From assembly GCA_963727525.1 (NCBI GenBank), contig CAVSGO010000008.1, positions 203,585 to 267,584 on the forward strand: a stretch of 64,000 nucleotides of DNA, read 5' to 3'. A program made the position numbers and the translations under genes. A model generated the notes under the pieces. That model was not told the DNA's origin. It saw only the letters and a list, made by a program, of their open reading frames with translations, and made no database searches. The DNA is from an uncultured bacterium (lineage in GTDB: Bacteria; Krumholzibacteriota; Krumholzibacteriia; LZORAL124-64-63). This document shows positions 19,631 to 30,749 of the stretch, piece by piece; position 1 is the stretch's first letter; each line of letters starts with the position of its first letter.

Positions 19631-20891
19631 CGTCCGCTCCCCGTTGCTGCGCGAGCAGCGCATCGAGCAGGCGGTAGCCGGCCTGCAGCAGGCGCGTGCG
19701 GGTCTCGTCGTCCGTGTGCGCCGCCGGGTCGGCGCCGAGCCGCCGGTCGAGGCTCGCGAGCGTGCGGCCTGCCTCCGCCAGGAGGGCCGACTGCTCCCCG
19801 GCTTGTAGCGCAAGAAGCTTGCGCGCGAGCACGCCCGGCGGCGTGTCGCTACGTGCGAGCGCCTCGAGGTCATGGGCGGGCGTGACGGCGAGCGCGACGT
19901 CGTCGATGAAGGCCACCCGTTCGGCGGCCGTGGTGGTCTGGCCGACGAGTGTGGGCGACGTGGCCAGCTCCGTCAGCGCATCCGCGTGGTGCGTGCGGCC
20001 GTACAGGCGCAGGCGCACGCCCACCACCCGCGCCTCACCCCACGTCTCGTCGTCAGCGGTGAGATGATCTCGGAGCCTGGCGAGCACGCGATCGGTGAGT
20101 TCGAGGCGAGGATCGTGCAGTGCGCTCACGTCGATCGGCAGCATCGACCAGCGCAGCGGCGCCAGCGCGAGCTGGCGCACCGTCACCCGACCTTCCGCGG
20201 CTTCGAGGAGCCACGGGCCGTGTACGCCGGTCTCGGTGGGATCGAGCCCGACGAGCGATCCGAGATAGCCGGGCGCCAGGGTCGCGGGATCGAGGGTCGG
20301 TGCGTGCTGATGGCCGAGCAGCCAGGCGTCGTAGCCGGCCGCGCGCAGCGACGACGACGGTGTGGGGGCGTGTACGCTCGCGCGATGATCCAGGTCGCAG
20401 TGCAGCAGGCCCACCGTGGGCGCGCTCAAAGCGCGCTCCGGGAGCCCGCCGGCGGTGGGATCGCCCGGATAGCGCTCACCGGGAAACGACCAGCCGACCA
20501 CGCGCACGGGCCCACCAGGCCCGGTCACGTCGGCCGTCTGCCAGCGGCCGTCGCGGCCGATCAGCTCGAAGCGCGGCACCAGGTCGGCCAGCCGCGGCAA
20601 GGCCACGCCATCGTGATTGCCTGCCACCGCGAGGACGCGGATCCCGGCATCCAGCAGCGCGGCCACGCCGTCGTGCAGGGCGCCGAAGGCCTCGAACCGG
20701 TCGTCAAGCGAGTCGACCACGTCGCCGGCCAGCACGAGCGCCTGGACGCCGTGCTCGCGTGCGGCCACCACGGCCCGTGCCCACGCGGCACGTGGCGTGA
20801 GCGCCCCCGGATCGGGCACGCCGGCGGGGATGCGACCGCTCGCGCGGCCGAGATGCATGTCGCCCAGGCAGAGGAGACGGGTGACGGACAC
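19617..20891 (-). CDS. YhaO/SbcD/Mre11-like metallophosphoesterase nuclease
   Basis: GDMHLG, AGDVVD, GNHD, LLHC, LGHQH. Confidence 0.9.
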   Translation of the reverse strand: MSVTRLLCLGDMHLGRASGRIPAGVPDPGALTPRAAWARAVVAAREHGVQALVLAGDVVDSLDDRFEAFGALHDGVAALLDAGIRVLAVAGNHDGVALPRLADLVPRFELIGRDGRWQTADVTGPGGPVRVVGWSFPGERYPGDPTAGGLPERALSAPTVGLLHCDLDHRASVHAPTPSSSLRAAGYDAWLLGHQHAPTLDPATLAPGYLGSLVGLDPTETGVHGPWLLEAAEGRVTVRQLALAPLRWSMLPIDVSALHDPRLELTDRVLARLRDHLTADDETWGEARVVGVRLRLYGRTHHADALTELATSPTLVGQTTTAAERVAFIDDVALAVTPAHDLEALARSDTPPGVLARKLLALQAGEQSALLAEAGRTLASLDRRLGADPAAHTDDETRTRLLQAGYRLLDALLAQQRGADDGSA

Positions 20892-20963
20892 GGCGGATCC
20901 CTTCCGGCCCCGAAGGGGCCGCAGGGAGTATGGCGTCCATGCGTGGCGGCGTAAAGTCCGGCG

Positions 20964-21857
20964 TCAGTCGAGGAGGTTGAGGATTTCCGCCGACTTCTCG
21001 ATCTCTCCCTCACCCTTCGCGAGGACCTGGCTCAGGTAGTCCTTGGACAACCCGAGCAGCTTGATGGCCTCGGGCGCGAATTCGGTCACCGGCTCGGCGC
21101 CCGGACTCGGGTGCCCAGCGTGGAAGGCCAGCACGTCGGAAACATGGGCGATCGCAGCCAGCTCAGCATGCCGGCTCGCGCGTTGCGGCGCGTGGTGGCA
21201 GGCCGTGGCCTCGATGATTGGATCGGGGAAGTTCCAGGCGCGGAACACGGCGCGCGCGATGGCGGCGTGATTCGTGGGGAACAGCGCGTCCTCGCAGGCG
21301 GCCCAGGTGAGGCGGTTCTCGGTGGCGCCTTCCGTGAGCGAGTCGACGTCGGCGGGAAAGTAGCGGAGCATGACAAGCTTGCCCATGTCGTGCAGCAGTC
21401 CGGCCACGTAGGCATCGTCGGCGTTGACTCGCCGCTGAGACTCCGAGAGACAGCGCGCAAGGCACGCGGCGGCGACACTGTGGTGCCAGAAGCCGACGAG
21501 GGAGAACTCGCCGTCGTGCTCGAGTCCCTTGAAATGCTCGAACACGCTCATCGACATGGCGGCGCTGCGCACGGCCTGGAAGCCCAGGATGATGACGGCG
21601 CGGCTGATCGTGCCCACCTGGGCGGACTGCCCGTAATATGACGAGTTGACGACGCGCAGGATCTTCGTGGTCAGCGCCTGGTCGCGGGAGATGTACTCGG
21701 CGACGTCGGAGACCTTGACGTCGGAATCGCGCATCATCGCAAAGAGCTGCTGGTAGACGGTCGGCAAGGTCGGCAGATCGCGTACGAGCTGCTTGAGCTC
21801 GCGCGGATGCATGTCCATCAGCGATCGTTGCTGGCAGGCGGTGGACTTGGCAGTCAA
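20964..21857 (-). CDS. HDOD domain protein
   Basis: LPTLP, DQALTTKILRVVNSSYYG, FWHHS, AGLLHDMGK. Confidence 0.9.
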   Translation of the reverse strand: MTAKSTACQQRSLMDMHPRELKQLVRDLPTLPTVYQQLFAMMRDSDVKVSDVAEYISRDQALTTKILRVVNSSYYGQSAQVGTISRAVIILGFQAVRSAAMSMSVFEHFKGLEHDGEFSLVGFWHHSVAAACLARCLSESQRRVNADDAYVAGLLHDMGKLVMLRYFPADVDSLTEGATENRLTWAACEDALFPTNHAAIARAVFRAWNFPDPIIEATACHHAPQRASRHAELAAIAHVSDVLAFHAGHPSPGAEPVTEFAPEAIKLLGLSKDYLSQVLAKGEGEIEKSAEILNLLD

Positions 21858-21934
21858 CGCGATCTCCCGGATGGTGGGCGTGGGCGCCTACATCCGCGAT
21901 ATCGACCCTATTCGCTGGGGCTTGAGGATACGAG

Positions 21935-22987
21935 TCAGCGGAACTCCACGCGGGGACGCGCCGGGTCGCCCGGCTCCACCTCGCCGATCACCACGGCGCA
22001 GAGGGCGCCATCGGCCATGACCGCGTCGCAGAGGGCGTCGCAGCGCTCCAGGGGCGCGGCGATCAGCAGGCCGCCACTGGTCTGGGGATCGTGCAGCAGA
22101 CCCACCACGCCGCCGTCGACGCTGTCGGCGATGCGCAGCGACGCGCGCGTGAAACTGGCATTCGATTTCGTGCCGCCGCACGTGAAACCTGCGGCGCACA
22201 GCTCGGCGGCGCGCGGGAGCTGGGGGACGGCGTGGGCGTCGAATACGAGGCGCACGCCGCTGCCGCTGGCCATCTCCAGGGCGTGGCCGCTCAGGCCGAA
22301 ACCCGTGACGTCGGTGGCGGCGTGAGCGCCCAGATCCCACAGGCGCGCGCCGGGTCGGTTGAGCGTGGTCATGCAGGTGACGAGGGCGTCGTACTCCGAC
22401 CCGGCGAGGGCGCCGGCCTTCTGCGCGGCGATCAGTGCGCCGGTTCCCAGCGGCTTGGTGAGCACGAGGCGGTCGCCCGGTCGCGCGGTACTGTTGCGCA
22501 GGATGCGGTCGGGATGCACGGTGCCGGTGACGGAGAGGCCGAATTTCACCTCGCTGTCGCGTACCGTATGGCCGCCCGCGACGGCGCACCCGGCCTCGGT
22601 GCACACGGAGGCGGCCCCGGCCAGGATGGCGCTGATGACCCAGCCCGGCACGTCATTCTGCGGATAGCCCAGGAGATTGATGGCCGTGAGCGGCCGGCCG
22701 CCCATGGCGTACACGTCGCTGAGCGAGTTGGCGGCCGCTACGCGGCCGAAGGTGTGGGGGTCGTCCACCACCGGGGTGATGAAGTCGGCCGTGACGACCA
22801 GGGCCTGCTCCGCGTCGAGGCGGTAGACGCCGGCGTCGTCCGCGGTCTCGAACCCCACGAGGAGGTTCGGATCGCGGACCGATGCGAGCGGAGCTAGGAT
22901 CCCGTCCAGGTCCCCTGGCGCCAGCTTGGCCGCTCAGCCGGCGCTCTTGGCGAACCGGGTGAGCTGGAACATCTCGGCAGACGACAT
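21935..22987 (-). CDS. selD: Selenide, water dikinase, Sec-containing (UGA at 22936-22934)
   Basis: MSSAEMFQLTRFAKSAG-U-AAKLAP in frame with DDAGVY, ADFITPVVDDP, AAANSLSDVYAMGG, TDVTGFGL, DPQTSGGLL. Confidence 0.93.
22886..22936 (-). promoter_or_regulatory. Bacterial SECIS-like element of selD
   Basis: Apical CCAGG-GGA-CCUGG (22918-22906) and basal GAGCGG/CCGCUC pairing immediately 3' of the UGA. Confidence 0.7.
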
Positions 22988-23156
22988 CTCGGGCCTCTGT
23001 GAAAGGAGGTGAAAACGCAGTCCTGGCAACAATCTCGACCCGCGGCCGAAGGGTGTCAACGGCCGGGTTCGACCAGAACGGCCTCGTTCTTGCATTTTCG
23101 CAGGGTTCCGCCGAATCTTGGGGCCCAATGCACCGTGCCGCCTCTGGGAGGATTCC

Positions 23157-23615
23157 GTGCGCAGCCCCGATCCGGACACCGACGACGTGCGGCACGGCAG
23201 TGACCGCCGCGACCAGCCCACGCCCTGGCTCTCGCGCTACACGCTCTGGGGCCGGCGCCTGCGCATCCGCCGCGAGAACGATCTCGAGCGCGGGCGCTAC
23301 GTCGACCGCGCGCAGGGGCCGTACCTGGGCGCCGTGATCCTGCTCGTCGTTCTGGTACTGGTGGACGCCGTCTCCACCCTGTTCATCCTCGCCCACGGAG
23401 GGACCGAGGAGAACCCGCTCATGCAGTCGATCCTGGAGCGTGGCCGCGGCTGGTTCCTGGCCGTCAAACTGCTGCCGCTGCCACTGGCCTACCTGCTGCT
23501 CTCAGTGGCGCGGTACGTCGGCTGGGTGCGCTGGGGCATGCGCATCCTGCTGGCCGTCTATGGCGCGCTCGCCGCCTACCACCTGGTGCTGCTCTCGCGC
23601 ATCCTGCTGCAGTAG
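23157..23615 (+). CDS. DUF5658-like membrane protein
   Basis: VDAVSTLFILAHGGTEENPLM..L...FLAVKL pattern, three hydrophobic segments; start uncertain. Confidence 0.7.
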   Translation: MRSPDPDTDDVRHGSDRRDQPTPWLSRYTLWGRRLRIRRENDLERGRYVDRAQGPYLGAVILLVVLVLVDAVSTLFILAHGGTEENPLMQSILERGRGWFLAVKLLPLPLAYLLLSVARYVGWVRWGMRILLAVYGALAAYHLVLLSRILLQ

Positions 23616-23621
23616 CGCGTG

Positions 23622-25331
<1,710 letters not shown>

Positions 25332-25459
25332 GTTGGGTCCTCGCAGCGCTGGAGATCGGGTCGCTAGACGTGGCGCAAAGGCTAATCGCATTGGGGGCGG
25401 GAGTCAAAGGCGGGGGTGATTGACCCCGTTCATCCCGAACGGTATCGTCACGCCAAATC

Positions 25460-25665
25460 GGGGGGACCTGGCACCGCCGGGGCGTCCGGTCTGACCGCGC
25501 GGAACTTCGCGTGGTGGCACGGGCAGCTCGTGGTGGCGGGACAGCCGGATCGCGACGCCTGCCGTAATCGTACCCGACACGACGGCCGCGGACGACGGGA
25601 TCGATCCGATTCTCGACGCGGGCCTGCGCATCCTGCGGGAGCGGATCGCCGCGCAGGCACGCTGA
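25460..25665 (+). pseudogene. Possible C-terminal remnant of an S41-like peptidase
   Basis: GTAGASG, then in another frame IVPD...GIDPILDAGLRILRERIAAQAR*; resemblance by eye only. Confidence 0.3.
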
Positions 25666-25747
25666 TCGCACCATTGGTGCCGGCACCATGACTGGTTCTG
25701 TCTTGATCTAGCCCGTATTCGAGTCACGCAGGTCCGGGAACATTCAC

Positions 25748-25925
25748 CCCACCTTATTCATGCTATCGCGTAGCGAGGCGAGTGGAACGGTCTCTGTGAG
25801 CGGGATCTCGCAGGGTTTGTGAGGGAGCCGTACCCGCTGGGGTACGGTGACCGAAGCAAACCCGAGAAAGCCCGCTCACAGAGACCGTGACGCCGCCGCA
25901 GTAGCGATAGCACGAATAAGGTGGG
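25748..25925. repeat. ~178-nt rod-like palindrome (REP/MITE-like element or structured RNA)
   Basis: Outer 22-bp stem (1 mismatch), perfect 18-bp stem 25787-25804/25871-25888, apical CCGTACCC-GCTG-GGGTACGG 25828-25847. Confidence 0.8.
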
Positions 25926-26045
25926 TTCACCCGGGACCGCCGGGATTTCCCGCCCTGCCGATTCGTGGTACAATCCCCCCTTCCGACCCACCCCGATGTA
26001 TGCCGATTATGTGCCGGGACCACCCATACCTGTGGACGCGGTGGC

Positions 26046-26255
26046 ATGAAGATCATGCTCACGCTCGTGCTCGCGCTGGGTCTCGCCGCCGCGGCCTTCG
26101 CTCTCGATACCGGCAACCGGGCGCCCGTCAAGGCCGAGCCCGTTCTACCAGTTCGGCGTGGAGTATTCCAACGGCACCTGAACCTACGACGCGAGCGGCG
26201 GCAGTTCACGACCCGGGCGACCACCTGGTCCACGTTGAAAGCGATCTACGAATGA
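26046..26255 (+). CDS. Very short secreted protein: signal peptide plus TWSTLKAIYE tail (probably internally deleted)
   Basis: MKIMLTLVLALGLAAAAFA signal; C-terminus resembles that of 59775-60944. Confidence 0.55.
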   Translation: MKIMLTLVLALGLAAAAFALDTGNRAPVKAEPVLPVRRGVFQRHLNLRRERRQFTTRATTWSTLKAIYE

Positions 26256-26512
26256 ATGATGAACTCACGGTCATTCCCGGCGTGGGGCCGAGCATCGCGT
26301 GCGATCTGCGCGATCTCGGCTACGCATCGGTGGCACAATTACGGGACGAGGATCCCGAGATCATGTACGAGGCGATCAACAAGCTGCGCGGCGTGCGACA
26401 GGACCGTTGCGTGCTCTACGTGTTCCGCTGCGCAGTATATTACGCTTCGCATGCGGAACACGAACCCGAACTGCTGAAGTGGTGGAACTGGAAGGACGGC
26501 GCGCAGAGCTGA
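26252..26512 (+). CDS. Cdd1 'pathogenicity locus' / helix-hairpin-helix family protein
   Basis: IPGVGPSIACDL..LG, DPEIMY, DRCVLYVFRCAVYYA, KWWNWKD. Confidence 0.85.
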   Translation: MNDELTVIPGVGPSIACDLRDLGYASVAQLRDEDPEIMYEAINKLRGVRQDRCVLYVFRCAVYYASHAEHEPELLKWWNWKDGAQS

Positions 26513-26778
26513 TCACCCGCGAGGTCCGCCGATCACCACGCACACGAGGACGATGCCCAGCAGCATGACGATGGTCAGCGAGTAGGCCCAGACCGAGGGA
26601 CTCGCGTCGGGGGAGGTTCGGCATGCGAACTCTCCAGTGGGTGACAGTCTTCCGGTAGAAACACGAAGTCCCTCCACGACTTCGCCGCAGAAAAATCGCC
26701 GCTGGTCAAGGTGTTGCCATCGCTGGGGCGCTATTCACCGTGCTCGACGTATAGCTCCCGTTCGCGCCGCCGCCATCG

Positions 26779-27180
26779 TCATTCCGGCGGCGTGAACAGG
26801 AACGGCACCCGGAACGTCGTGGCGCCGCCGTCGATGGCGGGGAACCGCCAGGCGCGGATCTGGGCCAGGGCGCAGTCGGCCACGGCCGGGTTACCGAGGC
26901 GATCCTCGACCACCGCGGCGTCGGTCACCCGTCCGTCGGCGGCGACGGTGAGGCTCACCACCAGCTTGCCGCGCAGACCGGGGTCGTTCTTCAACTCGCT
27001 TTCGTAGCAATACTGGATGGCCGGTGCGTAGCGGCGCACGACGGCGAGCAGGGCCTCGTTGCTACGCAATTCCGATGCGCTGCCGGCGCGAACTCCCGGT
27101 ACCGGCGTCGTCGCATCGGCGCCTGGCTCATCGCTCGCCGGCGCACCCGCGTCGATGGTGATGGCGTCGGTGACGATGGC
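26779..27180 (-). pseudogene. 3' fragment of a TonB C-terminal (AgmX/PglI-type) protein
   Basis: IQYCYESELKNDPGLRGKLVVSLTVAADGRV...VADCALAQIRAWRFP; no N-terminus. Confidence 0.7.
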
Positions 27181-27426
27181 CGAGCCACCTCGCTGGTCGA
27201 GGTCCAGTTGGTCAAGAGGGAGTCGGTGTCGTGCAGGCTGACGAGGGCGGTGTAGGCCAGGTCGGACACCGCGGCCGAGTCAGCAGTGACCAGGGTGAGG
27301 GTGGCCCAGGTGCCCATGGTCTGCGTACGGAAATGCACGGCGCGCGGCGCGGCGGCCGCGGCCGCCGCGGCCAGCGCGACGGTCCCCAGGAGGATCGCCA
27401 ACCCCGTCCGGCGGAGTGTTGCCATG
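27181..27426 (-). pseudogene. 5' fragment of an FAD:protein FMN transferase (ApbE-like)
   Basis: Signal peptide, TMGTWATLTL, SLLTNWTSTSEVAR; homology then stops. Confidence 0.7.
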
Positions 27427-27483
27427 GGATTGGGGCCAAACATGGGGCGACGATACAGATATCGCGGAGGCGGCGTCAATAGT

Positions 27484-27498
27484 GGATAAGTATTATCC
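27484..27498. promoter_or_regulatory. Fur-like box upstream of the ApbE/TonB remnant
   Basis: GGATAA-GTA-TTATCC palindrome resembling TGATAATNATTATCA, next to a minus-strand TTGACG. Confidence 0.4.
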
Positions 27499-27524
27499 TG
27501 ATAACTCGCTTGCGAGCAACATCA

Positions 27525-28262
27525 TCAGGCGCCCGGCTCGTGCCCCTGCGGCGGCGGCGCGACCGTGTCCGCCGCCTGAAACGGCGAGGCCGCGAGCGCC
27601 CGGGCGACGCGTCGATTCGACAGACGCCACATCAGCGGCACCAGCACCACGAGTCCGAGCGCGCCGGGCAAGATGCCGATGAGGAGCGCATTGAAGGCGC
27701 CGTGCAGCAACATGGCCAGGCCCAGCCCGCCGCTCACGATGCGCCGGCGCCGTGCCGGATCCTGGAAACGCGCCCAGCCCAGTGCGTAGCCCCACATCGA
27801 CGACCAGACCGCATGCCCCGGCACCGAGAGCAGCGCGCGCAGCCAGAACACGGCCGCTGCGGCCGTGAGCGGGCCCGTATGCGGCGAAAACCGCGACGGA
27901 TCGCTGTAGGCGCCCACGACATACAGGGCGTTCTCCGCCGATGCAAAGCCGAGCGCCGCGGCCACCGCGTACACGATACCGTCCATCGGCTCGTCGAACT
28001 CGGGGTTGCGGAAGACGAAGAACCAGACCACGGCGAACTTGCACAGCTCCTCGACGATCGGCGCCACCACGGTTGCGACCACGGCGTGTCCGTGGAATGG
28101 GGCCTCGAGGAGGGCGGCGGGCACCACGAAGACCATGCCCAGCACGAAGGTGCGCAGCACCAGCCGGCGTGGTTCCGGCTCGAAACGATCGCGACGGTAG
28201 AAGAAGAGCAGCCAGAACAGGCCCGGGGCGAAGGCGACGGCGGCGAGGGCGGTGGCGGTCAT
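27525..28262 (-). CDS. PrsW-family intramembrane metalloprotease
   Basis: DRFEPEP, VEELCK, DEPMDGIVY, GFASAEN, GHA, LHGAFN. Confidence 0.9.
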   Translation of the reverse strand: MTATALAAVAFAPGLFWLLFFYRRDRFEPEPRRLVLRTFVLGMVFVVPAALLEAPFHGHAVVATVVAPIVEELCKFAVVWFFVFRNPEFDEPMDGIVYAVAAALGFASAENALYVVGAYSDPSRFSPHTGPLTAAAAVFWLRALLSVPGHAVWSSMWGYALGWARFQDPARRRRIVSGGLGLAMLLHGAFNALLIGILPGALGLVVLVPLMWRLSNRRVARALAASPFQAADTVAPPPQGHEPGA

Positions 28263-28343
28263 GGCCGGTTTCCTTGGGGATCGCGGTTTGACACCGCGGC
28301 GCGACGTCGTCTAGTGTCGCACCATAACCCGAGGGAGGGTGCC

Positions 28344-28757
28344 ATGTCATTCGAGAACGCGCCTCGCAGGATCGGATCCGCCCTGCTCGCCACCACGCTG
28401 ATGCTCGCCCTGCTCGCCGGTTGCGGCGGCAAGACCGCCACGCCCACCGCGGACATGTACACGGTTCGCGGCGTCGTGGAAAAGCTGCCGCAGAGCGACG
28501 GGCCGGACAGGAGTCTGTACATCCATCACGAGCCGATTCCCGGGTATCGCGACGAGAACGGTGCCACGGTCGGCATGATGGCCATGACCATGCCCTTCCC
28601 GGTCGCGCCGGGCGTGTCGCTCGACGGTATCGCGCCCGGTGACCCTGTGGAGTTCACCTTCGCCGTCACCTGGAAACCGAAGTCGGGCTACGAGATCACG
28701 GCGATTCACGAGCTGCCGCCCGACACCGTGATCGACTTCGACGGCGGGCAACAATAG
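28344..28757 (+). CDS. CusF-like copper-binding lipoprotein
   Basis: LAGC lipobox, IHHEPIPG...MMAMTMPF, GDPVEF. Confidence 0.8.
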   Translation: MSFENAPRRIGSALLATTLMLALLAGCGGKTATPTADMYTVRGVVEKLPQSDGPDRSLYIHHEPIPGYRDENGATVGMMAMTMPFPVAPGVSLDGIAPGDPVEFTFAVTWKPKSGYEITAIHELPPDTVIDFDGGQQ

Positions 28758-28763
28758 GTCCGG

Positions 28764-29453
28764 TCAGGCCAGCAGGATCGCCAGCAACCCCGACACGACG
28801 ATGCCGTCGAAGGTGCCGGCGCCACCGATGCTCATGAGGCCCGTGGAGATGCGGCCGATGTCGCGCAGGTGCAGGAGATCGGCGCCCACGAGGGGGCCGA
28901 GCACGCCGGCGCAGAAGGCCATGGGTGCGCGCAGCTCAGGTCGCGCGACACCGAAAGCCACCAGGGCGGCCACCGCCGCCGGCACGAGCGCCGGCAGCGC
29001 GATGCCGACGTTGGCCACCGGCCGCGCCAGACGCCAGCACACCAGCACGTTGATGGCCACGGCCACGACCAGTGGGACCAGTGCCGCCGTGCCGCCGACC
29101 GCGGTGATCCGCGCGATCTCGTGCAGCACCAGCAGTGCCGGGATCACGCAGCCGCCCACGTTGACGGCGATGACCGTGTGTTGCTGCGACATCCGGGGCG
29201 CGCGCGTCCAGCGACCGCTGCCGAACATGTCATGGAAGCGATACGGTGGCGAGTCGAGCGGCTCGTCGCGCTCGTACCGGCTCACCGGGATGTTCACGAG
29301 GCTGCCGAGGAAGATGCCGAACGTGGCCAGCATGGCCGTGGCCGGCGAGAGGCCGAGCCGTGCCAGCGCGCTGACGATGATGTCCGTGATCAGGTACGGC
29401 AGCACGAAGACCACGAACAAGAACACGACGATGGAAGCACAACCGCGCGGCAT
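28764..29453 (-). CDS. DUF1614 membrane protein
   Basis: GSLVNIPV, IAVNVGGCVIP, GADLLHL, SIGGAGTFDGI. Confidence 0.9.
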   Translation of the reverse strand: MPRGCASIVVFLFVVFVLPYLITDIIVSALARLGLSPATAMLATFGIFLGSLVNIPVSRYERDEPLDSPPYRFHDMFGSGRWTRAPRMSQQHTVIAVNVGGCVIPALLVLHEIARITAVGGTAALVPLVVAVAINVLVCWRLARPVANVGIALPALVPAAVAALVAFGVARPELRAPMAFCAGVLGPLVGADLLHLRDIGRISTGLMSIGGAGTFDGIVVSGLLAILLA

Positions 29454-29472
29454 GGGCAGCTCCTTCGGGGGC

Positions 29473-30732
29473 CTACGTCGGGAGCATGCGGCGCAGGAAT
29501 CGATGGATGGTCGCGCCCTGCACGAGGATCGAGAATAGCACGACCACGTACGTGCAGGTGAGGATCAGCGACTTCTCTGCGATGGGTGGCAACGACAGCG
29601 CCAGGGCCACCGAGATCCCGCCGCGCAACCCGGCCCAGGTGAGAATGCGCACCACGCCGGGCGAGAACGCCACGCGCCAGCGCATGACGGTGATGGGCAG
29701 GGCCACACTCACGAAGCGCGCCGCCAGCACAACCAGCACGGTGACCAGGCCGGCGATCACGCGCGTCGTGGCGAAGCCCACCATCAACACCTCGATCCCG
29801 ATCAGCAGGAAGAGGATGGCGTTGAGGATCTCGTCGATCAGCTCCCAGAACTTCTCGAGGTAGTCGGCCACCGTCTCGCTCATCGCGAAGCGCCGACCGC
29901 GGTTGCCGATCAGCAGCCCGGCCGTGACCATGGCGATGGGGCCGGACACCTGCAGCCGCCAGGCCAGGCTGTACGCCCCCATCACCAGGGCGAGTGTGAT
30001 CATGACCTCCACCTTGTAGTCGTCGATCGCCAGCATCAGACGGTACGCGATATACCCGGCCACCATGCCCAGCAGGGCGCCGCCACCCGCCTCGCGCAGG
30101 AACATCCAGGCCACGGCGGTCGGCCCCATCTCCCCGGCGTGCGCACCATGGCCGGCTCCGGGCAGGAGCGACACCAGCGCCGTGAACACGACCACCGCCA
30201 CGCCGTCGTTGAAGAGCGACTCGCCGGCGATCTTCGCCTCCAGCGACGGTGGCGCACGCAGGGTCTTGAGCGCCCCCATCACCGCGATGGGATCCGTGGG
30301 GGAGATCAGCGCCCCGAAAATGAGGCAGGCGAGGAACGTGGCCTGCAGATGCAGGGCCTGGAATAGCCCGTAGCTGAGGCCGGCCACCACGGCGGTGGAG
30401 ATCAGCAGGCCCACGGTGGCCAGCAGCGTGATCGTCCAGCGCCGTCGCAGCACCACCTCGAGGTCGGCGTGCAGCGCCCCGGCGAAGAGCAGGAAGGCCA
30501 GCATGCCGTGCATGAGGGCCTCGTTGAAGTTGATGTTGGCCACGAAGCCGCGCACCTGCGGCACGATGCCGGCGTGGGGGAACGTCACGTGCACCAGCAG
30601 CAGCGTGAGCGACACCGCCAGGCTGATCGCCAGCAAGCCCACCGAGGGCGCCAGGCGGAGGTAGCGCACGTTCACGAAGCCGAAGACGGCGGCCAGCACG
30701 ATCAGGACGGACGTGATGTCGAACAGAGACAT
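29473..30732 (-). CDS. Na+/H+ antiporter (CPA1/NhaP family)
   Basis: [36 protein letters not shown]. Confidence 0.93.
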   Translation of the reverse strand: MSLFDITSVLIVLAAVFGFVNVRYLRLAPSVGLLAISLAVSLTLLLVHVTFPHAGIVPQVRGFVANINFNEALMHGMLAFLLFAGALHADLEVVLRRRWTITLLATVGLLISTAVVAGLSYGLFQALHLQATFLACLIFGALISPTDPIAVMGALKTLRAPPSLEAKIAGESLFNDGVAVVVFTALVSLLPGAGHGAHAGEMGPTAVAWMFLREAGGGALLGMVAGYIAYRLMLAIDDYKVEVMITLALVMGAYSLAWRLQVSGPIAMVTAGLLIGNRGRRFAMSETVADYLEKFWELIDEILNAILFLLIGIEVLMVGFATTRVIAGLVTVLVVLAARFVSVALPITVMRWRVAFSPGVVRILTWAGLRGGISVALALSLPPIAEKSLILTCTYVVVLFSILVQGATIHRFLRRMLPT

Positions 30733-30749
30733 GGAGGCCCTTCCGCGGT

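Noticed and set aside
22934-22936. selD and HesB-like genes as nonsense pseudogenes
   Set aside because: Both TGAs fall at the conserved Cys/Sec position and have SECIS-like hairpins
25748-25925. Confident call as 6S RNA
   Set aside because: Stems are too perfect and no 6S-specific features could be verified without a covariance search
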